A stretch of 59,396 nucleotides of DNA, counting the filler, from Fonticula-like sp. SCN 57-25 (Eukaryota), in the NCBI GenBank assembly GCA_001724245.1. It is 10 parts of 10 records of this genome, joined end to end, with 100 filler letters (N's around TTAATTAATTAA, not from the genome) between each part and the next. Parts side by side here need not be neighbours in the genome. Positions count along the whole stretch, not along the records: positions 22,115 to 33,540 come from MEDX01000632.1; positions 33,641 to 38,718 come from MEDX01000633.1; 8 more parts are not named here. One strand, 5' to 3'. The notes beneath the pieces were generated by a model. That model was not told where the DNA came from. It made no database searches and saw only the letters and a list, made by a program, of their open reading frames with translations. Each line of letters begins with the position of its first letter. Position 1 is the first letter of the stretch. This document shows positions 25,801-35,148 of the stretch, one piece after another. A program made the translations under genes and the position numbers.

Positions 25801-26048
25801 AGGGACATGAAGGGGTTGAAAGGGTAGTTATGAACATTCAGTTTGCAGTTTGCAGTTTGTAGTGTATGAGTGGTGAGTGTATATTATAGTGTCAACATTA
25901 TTTCGAGTTTGCAGTTTGCATATCTAACATTATTGTAGCGAGTGTGTTTGCGACGGTTCTTATTCGCCGCAATGACAAGACGCGCGATTTTGACAAGCGG
26001 CGCGTCGCATTTATTTCGTTTTTTTTGCAATCGGCCAATGAGACGTGA
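22828..26048 (+). CDS. OCRL: OCRL/INPP5B inositol polyphosphate 5-phosphatase (5-phosphatase - ASH - RhoGAP-like), 5'-truncated
   Basis: WFGDLNYRL, PSYKYDPGTD.FDTSEK.RPPAYCDRILW, SDHKPV, RELDKMEN, DIIILHLENGKDMFVS, CFG.SL..L, VHSMAEALIRFLEALP..EPVIP. Seven internal introns; TGA at 26046-26048. Confidence 0.95.
23059..23405. repeat. (TATG)n/(TG)n microsatellite in OCRL intron 23025-23497
   Basis: Runs of TATGTATG with TG interruptions. Confidence 0.93.
25675..25920 (+). repeat. Clustered tandem GTTTGCA heptamers in the last OCRL intron
   Basis: GTTTGCAGTTTGC(A) units near 25677, 25704, 25731, 25841 and 25907. Confidence 0.85.
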
Positions 26049-26397
26049 GGTATGCAAACTGCAAACTGAGGTGTGTCATTGAAAGGGTTGTTTTCACTGG
26101 AATTGAACAAGGCCGGCTATGATGATGCTTCATTTCTGAATATGAATCTTATAATTACATTGTGGAATACTTTCTTTTCATTATTTCCACTGAAAACTGT
26201 TTTTAATATACTCTTTTAATATATAATAAACGTTCATAATTGATATTTTTCTATCATTTTTCTATTACAAAGAACAGCTTGGCACTTTCCTGCCGTTTCT
26301 TCACCGGGTGACACAATTTAATCCCCCAGTGATGCAATCGGGATGCACACCCCCGATTTGACGTGTCATCGTTGCTGCGTGCAGGGCGCGTTCCGCG

Positions 26398-28155
26398 ATG
26401 CCGTCGTCGATGCTTGCACCGCTTTGTCTGTTAACCGTGCTTGTGGCGACGAGCGTTGCTGCCTCGCCTTCCCTGTGCACATTTCGCCGCAATGGCGATC
26501 CCCATTCGGTCACCGGCGTGACTCTTGATCTCAATGTGCCCGGCGATCTCTCCATTGCGACGCACGGGATCCCCGCGCTCGCCACCCGGCTTCAGTATGA
26601 TGTCGTTGGTGCGCATCGCGCGTACACGCTGCACAACAGGACGGGCCATGAGGTGCGCGACGTGAAGGAGTGCGCGGAGCTGCACGGCGGCGAGATGTAC
26701 GTCATGAGGAGAGGTGATCTGTGGGTGTTTCCGGGCGTCAGGGTTGGACACGTCGAGACAATCTACGTCGGATCAGAGCGCGTCACGATACGGTACGCAC
26801 GGTAGACAGAAGGTGAAGAAGAAGGGAAGAAAGGGGAAGTGGCGGTGAGAGATGTGGACATAGATCAGTGTGCATTCCTCATGCGGTCATCCGCATGCGG
26901 TGATCCCCGTACGATCTTCATGAACTTGGATCTCTTCTGTGAACAATTTCCTTCTCAGTTTGCATTTTGCACACCTTCATCACCGTTTTCACTGACACCT
27001 TTTCAGCACACTGAGCCTTTCGCCGCGCGTGATCGAGATCACCGGCCTCGTGTCGCCATCCGACGTGTCACTTCTTCTCGACGAATCATCGCCGCGCATG
27101 ACCGACCACGGCCACATCAAAAGTACGTCATCACCCACGTCATCACTCACGTGACATCTTACAATGACGTAGACGGGACAATGAGCGTGTACGACTCCAA
27201 GGTGCTTCCGGGCATCGAGCGCAAACTGGCCGCCAGTTTGCACCTTCCTAGCCTTCTTATTCAAAACGGCGACGGTTACCGCTTTGCGCGCAGGCCGGAA
27301 AAGGAGTCGGCGTCGATCAACTTTAACCTCGATCGGTATGGCCACGTGGTATAATTTTGGGAAGTGTAAATGCACATACTAGTAGTGTGTATAGGTCAGT
27401 TTGCACATTGCATATGGTCCATAGTGTGCTTTGTGGGTCATGTCGCAATCTATCGTTGTGTATGAATGTGAATAGTGTCAGTTTGCACATTGCATTATAT
27501 GATTTTTGATATCTCTATCAGTTTGCACATTGCATTATGTGATTGATGTCTGCATATTGCCATATGCCATATATCATCATCTACATAATTATCCTCTCTA
27601 TTAACCTTCTTTTCCAGTGACTATTACCTCCCCCATGAACACCCCGACCACGTGGACATCTCCCTTGGCCGTAACCGTTTCATAACTCTTCTCCTCCCCC
27701 TTCTTTCCCCCCCCTCTGGCGGCGCCCTTTTCATCCCCACGGCCGACGCGTCACCCCGCATGGCCCGACGCGATCCCGCCAGCGGCCACGTGTCACTTTT
27801 GCTCCCGCCAAAACCGGCTTGCTCTTTCGGTCTTGTCCACGTGGCCACACCTGGTTCCTTTATTGCGCTTTATGATCTTGATCCGATTGGCCAGATGGCG
27901 GGCGTGCCCGATCCCGCCGCCGTCTACCAATGGTGCGATCCGATTGGTGGAGATCACGTGACCATGAGGATGGCGGTGATGAACAAGACGTGGTATGCGA
28001 CGGGGACGGTTCGGCTGCTGAGGATGGTTGATTACGTCATCACGAGGTTGTTTGGGGTGAGTGTTGCTGACGTCATGACGGAGGGGTATGGGTGGGACTG
28101 GCACGAGGAGGTTGAGGCCACGTGGGAGGGGAAGGAGGGGAAGGAAGAGCTGTAA
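26398..28155 (+). CDS. Secretory-pathway prolyl-4-hydroxylase-like protein with degenerate active site and C-terminal KEEL, 4 exons
   Basis: Signal peptide; FPGVRVGH...TLSLSPRVIEI, IERKLA, DYY.P...GRNRFITLLL, GGALF.P, C..GL...G..IALYDL.P.G, D....C and NK follow P4H-alpha motif order. Introns 26793-27006, 27123-27172 and 27336-27617 preserve the frame. Confidence 0.7.
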
Positions 28156-28411
28156 GAATATGTAATGGCCATCATGATATTGTGCAAACTGTGTTTCATA
28201 TTGCAACGTCAATAAACAGAAATGAACACTGATATGGACAGACTAAACAGTGTGCAAACTGTGTTTATATTGCAATGTACACTGATATGGACACTCATTG
28301 ATGCAAACTGTTTCCATATTGCAATGAATCATTGATAAACAGTGTTCATATATGGGCTGTAAACAGTGATGTCTTGTCATCATAATTATTTATTATTAAT
28401 ACTCATATTCT

Positions 28412-29485
28412 CTAATAACCCTTTTCAAAATCGACCTTGTACATAAGTTCCTCCCCTCCCACAAACCTCCCCACATTCTCCCTAAAGCACGCCACCACCG
28501 CATCCGCATAGCTGATCGCCGAATTATGCGGTGTCACCGTAACATCCTCTCTCTTCCAAAGCGCGCTTTTGATTGGCAGCGGCTCCTCTTCAAACACGTC
28601 CAAAACAGCGTGGCTGATCCACTTTTCGTCAAGTGCCTTGATTACGTCACTTTCGCTCAAGAGATCGCCGCGGCCAGTGTTGATCAGGACAGGGCGCGAT
28701 GCCGATGCCGATCTGAGCGCGTCGCCAGACAAAAGCCCGCGCGTCTCGGCCGTGCTGGGAAGGATAGCAACGATATAGTCGAGCTGGGAGGAGAGAAAGT
28801 CCGCCACGTGGGCGGTGGAAAAGACCTTGGCGGTGCCAAAGGGCGTACCGCGGATCGTGTGCGATGGCGGCGAAACGCCATCGCCATCAAAGTTGAAGCT
28901 GTCACGTGATTTCGAGGCGAGGCCGACCACGTGGCAGCCCATGTAGCGGAGGGCGCGCGCGACGCACGATCCGATGCGGCCGGTGATGCCCATCACGCCG
29001 ACGGAAATGTTGGGAAAGTGGCGGTAGTGGAGCTTGGTCCAGGTGCATGTGCGCTGCTGCTCCGCCAGGGATGCAAAGTGGCGCTCGCGGGAAAGGACGC
29101 ACGCAATGACAAACTCGGCCATGGGGGCGCCGAGCTCGCTCAGGCGCGTCAGGGCATAGTCGGTGCGCGTCGGCGGCATCATCATGTCGACGCCCGTCCA
29201 CGTGCTGTGCATCCACGCGAGATTCGGAAAGAGATCAAGGCGGCCGACGACGAGGCCGGGGTCGGCGAGCAGAACGCGCGTGGAGAGGGCCGACGCGTGG
29301 GAAGGCGAGTGGGGATCGGCGAGCCAGTCCGCTGATGGCAGATGAACAAGATCGACCGGCAGATCCTTCAGGGCCGACGTGGCGGCCTCGACAAGGCCGG
29401 GAGTGTCGGACAGAATCGTCACAGAGAGGCGCGCGGGGGCGGAAGTGGGCGAGGCGGAGCTCGAGCCAACGGCGGCGGTGTTCAT
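28412..29485 (-). CDS. D-isomer-specific 2-hydroxyacid dehydrogenase (GhrA-like), intronless
   Basis: LAWMHSTWTGVD, Rossmann GVMGITGRIG, LPSTAETRGLL, INTGRG, AVLDVFEEEPLP, VTPHNSA, VDFEKGY. Confidence 0.93.
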   Translation of the reverse strand: MNTAAVGSSSASPTSAPARLSVTILSDTPGLVEAATSALKDLPVDLVHLPSADWLADPHSPSHASALSTRVLLADPGLVVGRLDLFPNLAWMHSTWTGVDMMMPPTRTDYALTRLSELGAPMAEFVIACVLSRERHFASLAEQQRTCTWTKLHYRHFPNISVGVMGITGRIGSCVARALRYMGCHVVGLASKSRDSFNFDGDGVSPPSHTIRGTPFGTAKVFSTAHVADFLSSQLDYIVAILPSTAETRGLLSGDALRSASASRPVLINTGRGDLLSESDVIKALDEKWISHAVLDVFEEEPLPIKSALWKREDVTVTPHNSAISYADAVVACFRENVGRFVGGEELMYKVDFEKGY

Positions 29486-29966
29486 GGTGTCGGTGTAATG
29501 AAGAGAGAAAAATTCAAGGGCAGTCAGACGCGGCAATCCGGCATCAGGCAGGGCGCCACGCAGCAGAACAGTGCTCGGTCAATCACGTGATCGTGCGAAG
29601 ACATCAATCACAGCACTGCCACAATGCTGTACGCGATCGACCGATCATGAGAGTGGTAAGAGAAGTCTGAGAGAAGTGAGGCAGAACAGTGACAAAGGAA
29701 AGCATGAAAGAAGTTGATATGTACTACATCCATATAAGCACTCAAAGTGTTTATATAACTGATTTACTATGAATACCATGTGTTTCCATATTCATCAAAA
29801 GTGTTGTCGTATTGCATGTGATCTCACAAGATCATCAATGTCTTTATCAATGTGCTTTATCGATGTACTTTACCCTCTCCACCCAAATCATATTTGAAAC
29901 TAAACAGTGCTATTGATATCAACAACTAAAAACGGCGCCATCCACGTGGCCAGAACGCACTAGCGC

Positions 29967-31238
29967 TCACACCGTCTCGACCTTCTTCTCCTTGTCGGCC
30001 TCGGTCGGCACCGCCGTGTACGCCCCAGAGTGCGCCACCACGTGCATTGCATAGTTGCCAGTCGCATGACTGGGAACGACCACGTGGTTCTTGTGGGGGC
30101 ACAACTTGACGCGGCCGCACGTGACCACAAACAAGATCACGCGGACGATCGCGACAAAGATGCAGCCCGAGATGGCGCCGAGGACGGTCATGATCACGAG
30201 GCGCAGCGCAAAGGGAAGAGTGCGGAGAGCGGCGCGCGCGTCGGCGAAAAAGACAGCGACGGGGCAGGGAGTGTCGGGGGTGGAATCGGGGGTGGAATCG
30301 GGGGTGGTGTTGGGGGTGTTGACAAAGTCGACCGGGGGGGCGTGGTCGGGGCGGCCGTGGTGGGGGCGGTTGTGGTGGGGGCGGTTGTGGTGAGGGCCGT
30401 TGTGGTGAGGGCGGCCGGGCGGCCGTGGCGCGACTCGACCTGAGGAAAGAGTTAGAAGAAAGAAAAGGAAGAAAAAGGAAGAAAAAGGACACGAAAATGG
30501 GCGGAAAAGGTCCAAAAAAATTCAAAAGTCGTCCAAAAAGGGTTCAAAGATACCAAATCGATTTCACGTAAACACAACAAAAAAAAACAGAATTTAATTC
30601 AGAATTAAACATAAATGATAATAAGGAACAAATTAAGACATTAAACAACACGAAAAGAGCACTAAAAAATGACCAAAACCGTTGCGTACAATCTCAATCT
30701 CGGACTTGACAACGTTGCCATCGGGGTGGATCTCGACCATCTGCTGAGCGGCGGTCTTAGCGTTGATCTCGACGCCGTCAATGGAGGCGATGCGCATGCG
30801 AACGGCGCCGCGGAAAACGAGCGGCATAACAGAAATCTTGCCCATGCGCATCGAGGCGCGGATCCCGACGGCGACCTCGCTGACGTCATCGCCATCAGTC
30901 TTGGTGCCCATCACCTAAGAAAGTGGTTTAAAGTGAGCAATAAAATGAGAAAAAAGGAATAAAAGGGAGAAAAAAGACGCACAGTGACAGTGTAAGGGCC
31001 GTGGCCGAAAGGGAAAACATTTCCGTCGATAGTGACCGCCCGGGTATGGTCGACGGAAATCGGGACGGAAACGGAGACGCCCGAAGGGTCAGTCAAGGTA
31101 AAAGTCTCTTCATAAATATTGGCGGAAGAGGAAACGCAAATCGCCGAAGCTGTCGTAGTATTGCATATTAATTTAACGCGAAAAGAGAGAGCGCGGCGGC
31201 GTACCGGCAATCAGCACAATGAGCGCAATCGCCTTCAT
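29967..31238 (-). CDS. Hypothetical signal-peptide membrane protein with PHHN and TPDS repeats, 4 exons
   Basis: MKAIALIVLIA signal peptide; ORFs 31173.., 30911.., 30633.. and 29967.. join at GT-AG introns; hydrophobic segment LVIMTVLGAISGCIFVAIVRVILFVV; tail YTAVPTEADKEK. Confidence 0.7.
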
Positions 31239-31432
31239 CGTGATGGTCCGCAACAACAATGCGCTGGAACGTTTCCGTAATCTTGGTAATGTACTGTCAT
31301 CATTACGGATCTCCGATAAGTCACAAAAAATGCATGCGCGATAACCTGCGGTAAATGCAAAGATATTGATGCGCACATGAAAACAAGGCAGCAAAAAAGA
31401 CAGTTCAAAAATGTGTATTATAGTGTACAATA

Positions 31433-33212
31433 TTACAGTCCCATTTTCTTTCTAAGGATGCTTGTGACGATTGCCGGATTGGCGCTCCCCTTGCTCTTTG
31501 CCATGATCTGCCCGACAAACCACGCAAACACCCTGTCCCTCCCCCCCCTGATCTGCTCGACCTTTTCCCCATTCTCCTTCACGAGCCGCTCCGCCCACTC
31601 CTCAAGCACCTTTTCGTCCGACACCTGCAGGATCCCCTTTTCCCGCGCGATCGCCTCGGCATCTCTCTGATCGCCCTCGACCATGGCGCGGACGATCTCC
31701 TTGCCCGCCCTCCCCGACACCTTCCCCCCCGCCACCGCCCTGACCACACCCGCGAGCCGCGCCGGCCGCACGTCCGTCCCCTCGAGCGTCTCGCCGCGCT
31801 CGTTGAGCCTCCCGAGCAGCTCCGACGTCACCCACGGAAGACACGTGGCCGGCGTCGCGATCGGCGCGGCGGCATCAGCGACTTCGTCAAAGTAGGCGAC
31901 GCCGCCGGCCAGGTCCTGAAGCACGAGCGCGTCGGCGCGAGAAAGACCGCGCGACCGCACGAGCCGCGACAGAGCCGCGTCGGGCAGCTCGGGGAGCGCC
32001 GCGCGCACCGCCGAAACATACGAAAAGGAAAGCGAAACGGGCGGAACGTCCGGCTCGGGCATAAAGCGGTAGTCGCGCGCGCTTTCCTTGCCGCGAAGGC
32101 GGAACGTCTCGCCGGTCGTGACGTCATAGCCGCGCGTCTCGCTCGCGATGACGTCACCGGAGGCGACGAGGGCGGCGTGCCGGCGCATCTCGAATTCTGG
32201 GGTGTGTGAGCTGATTGGTGGAAGAAAAGGGGAACGCACCAATGGCGTGCGTCATAAAGCGGACGCTGTTGAGGTTTTTTATTTCGCAGCGCGGGCCAAA
32301 GGGGGAGCCGGGGCGGCTCACGCTCACATTCACATCGCAGCGCAGCGATCCCTGGAGTGGGTTAAATGAGGGAAAATGGCGGGAAATGACACAAAATGAC
32401 AGTAAAAGTATAATGAAATGCAGTAAAATGGACCAGAAAAACAGCAAAAAGAAGCAAAAACACTGAAAATGATGCAAAAAGTCTTCTTTCTGGTCATAGA
32501 CATGCACAATAACCAAATTTTCACCAATATCAATCGCATGATCCCATAAACACCTTCTCATTAACACTTTGCTTCCAGCGTACCTCGTCCATGTTTGCGT
32601 TTGATACACCGGTCGCCCTGAGAATCTTTTGTACTTTTCTTACGAATCGCGCTGCCTCCTCGGCCGTCTCCATGTCGGGCATTGACACGATCTCGATGAG
32701 CGGCATTCCCGCTCGGTTCAGATCGACCAGCGTGTAGTCGGGGCTCGCGTCGTGGAGACTCCGCGCCGTGTCCTGCTCAAGCTGGATCTGCGTAAGACGC
32801 ACGCGCGACGGCTCACGCTCCTCATCCTCATCCCCGATCACGACATGCCCGCCGAGCGCAATGGGCCCTGCAAGCACGGTCAGCGCCAGATCAAAAGGGG
32901 AAAAGACATACGTCTGTGTTGCGTTATTTGATATCCGTTGGGAAGGTCGCCGTAAAAGTAGTGCTTGCGATCGAATGCGCACCACGGCTGGACGTCCGAG
33001 GCAAAGGCGATGGCGGCGCGGACGGCGAGATCGACGCACTCCCGATTCAAAACAGGCAACGTTCCGGGATGCGCAGCATCAAAAGGAGATATGCGCGTGT
33101 TGGGCGGGGCTGTGAACTCGTTGAGCGAGCCAGAGAAGAGCTTGCGCGTGGTCTTGAGCTGCACGTGCAGCTCGAGGCCGACGCGGCCCCGCAGACCGCC
33201 CGCCAAGCTCAT
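31433..33212 (-). CDS. GATB: Glutamyl-tRNA(Gln) amidotransferase subunit B (mitochondrial-type GatB/PET112)
   Basis: VGLELHVQL...[93 protein letters not shown]. Confidence 0.96.
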
Positions 33213-33540
33213 CCTGATCACGTGATGAAACGCGTTGTGATTGGATGGAGTGTGAAATAACGTGATTCTATTGGAGGAAAAATGAATTTCATGAAATATT
33301 TGAGGGATGGCGTTGCGTTGCAGAGCGCTGCGATCGCGCAAACATAAAGCTGAATATCTCAAATAAAAGCACGTAAACATACTGCATTTTCAGTGTGTCA
33401 AATGAAAGAAATGACACGAATAGGCGTTGAAACAAAGAAAATGTAAGCTTGGATGCCTACGTAGAGCCGCTGGTGCTCTTGTGGATGATCGCTGTGCGGT
33501 CGTGGACCGAGCGAGGTGAAGGAAAGACAATATATTCTTG

Positions 33541-33640
33541 NNNNNNNNNNNNNNNNNNNNNNNNNNNNNNNNNNNNNNNNNNNNTTAATTAATTAANNNN
33601 NNNNNNNNNNNNNNNNNNNNNNNNNNNNNNNNNNNNNNNN
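33541..33640. other. Artificial contig linker
   Basis: 44N + TTAATTAATTAA + 44N. Confidence 0.99.
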
Positions 33641-33803
33641 AGTTTTACAATGATCAATGATACAGAATAAAAGTTTTACAATGATCAATAATACACGATG
33701 AAATTTTACAATGATCAAAGATTCACAATGAACAATGTCAATAATACGGCACAAGACACCCTTCCCATTTTTCCACTTTCCCCTATCTACCCTTTTTACG
33801 TAC

Positions 33804-34940
33804 CAGTCTCAGTGTCCCACAACTTGATGTGCCTATCAAACGACGCGCTGATAAACTTTGTCCCGTCGTTCGTAAAGCAAATGTCCTTTACGCTCTTGCT
33901 GTGCCCAATGTACGTACGCATGCACGCCCTTTCGTGGTACATTTGCCAGATCTGCGCCAATCACAACACTGCTTAGTCCATATCTACCAATCATATTCGC
34001 GTACCTTGATTCTGTTGTCCATGCTTGCCGAGAGGATGAGGTGACCCGTGTTGGGGATGAACCTGACGGCGTTGATGCCCTTTGTGTGCCCCGTCCACGT
34101 GTGCAGCAGCGTCTTGGGGAGGAAGCAGCTCTGGTTGCCCGCCGTGCCGAGCAGGTTGACGTCGAGGTCCTGCGGGACGGTCGTCCACGGCCGCCCGAGG
34201 TAGTCTTTCTCAGACTTGCCGTGGAACTGCGTGCGCTCGTTGCTCGGCATGTGCAACTTGCCGGCATCATCGCCATCTTCGGCATCGACATCGGCGGCGG
34301 CGCCTTCGACCTCGACAACAGGGGCGGAAGATTCGGGCTCGCCGTCGGCGGCGGCGGCGTCCTCGTTGATCGCGATCGACATGCGCTCGCCTTCGTAGCC
34401 GGCCCACGGGCCCTCATAGTTGAGAGGGTCGTTAAAGGCATCGCCACGATCCTTGCGCTTGCGCGTGCGCTCGGCGTGCACGCGCGCCTTGTCCTCGACG
34501 GTCGCGCCGGAAGTGGCTTCGGCGCGCGCAGTGTCACCGACGTAGCGGCGCTGGCCGGCGGCATTCGCAGAGGGATCGAGAGCGTAGCCGTAGGAAAGGA
34601 ATGTGCGGCGCTGCGTATCAAAGGTGTGCGCATCGATATTGTCCTCCTCAACAAAGCCGGTAAGAACGTTCTTTTGAGCAAGATGCGTCGGGCGGAACGG
34701 GTTCACGGGGCCGGAAACGGGCGCGTACATGGCATCGTACGTCGCATTGACGGTCAGCGTCTTGGCGGTCGGATCAACAAACTGGACGACATCGCCGCGC
34801 GATGCGAGCATCACATCAGGCGTCACATCGACGCGCGACAATGCGCTAGATGACAAAGGCGCCGCTGCAAGCGCGGAAGACGGCGCGCCGCGCGGAGACT
34901 CGCTATCAGAGTCGGACCCATAGCCGGCCAGAGCGTCCAT
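33804..34940 (-). CDS. CDC40: Pre-mRNA splicing factor Prp17/CDC40 (WD40), 3'-truncated
   Basis: [77 protein letters not shown]. Confidence 0.95.
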
Positions 34941-35148
34941 CGCGCCGACACTCCAACGGCGCGGCCACGTGGTTGTAATTCTCGCGTGCGGTTTTTACGA
35001 TTGATTATCCACGTGGGCAATTTTGGTGGTTTATAACCGACTTTTTTCCTTTCCTTTTCTTTCTCTTGCTCGTTCCTTTCCCTAGGCCGTGGGCCGCGGG
35101 ACGGGCGTGCTTTACTTCTTTGCATCGCGGGAGAAGAGCGCGGTGGGA

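Noticed and set aside
1901..26048. Apparent cluster of membrane-trafficking genes (COPB1, VPS9, cytohesin, Hook, SEC7, OCRL)
   Set aside because: They lie on four separate contigs, so most of the adjacency is artificial.
26110..26375. Possible box C/D snoRNA (ATGATGA...CTGA) and a hairpin AATCGGG/CCCGATT
   Set aside because: The boxes are only about 10 nt apart, I recognised no rRNA-antisense element, and the hairpin alone is not diagnostic.
33641..33730. About 30-bp periodic repeats resembling a CRISPR array (also 36848-36918, 28181-28325)
   Set aside because: Only 2-3 degenerate tandem copies without unique spacers, inside eukaryotic introns or spacers, with no cas genes.
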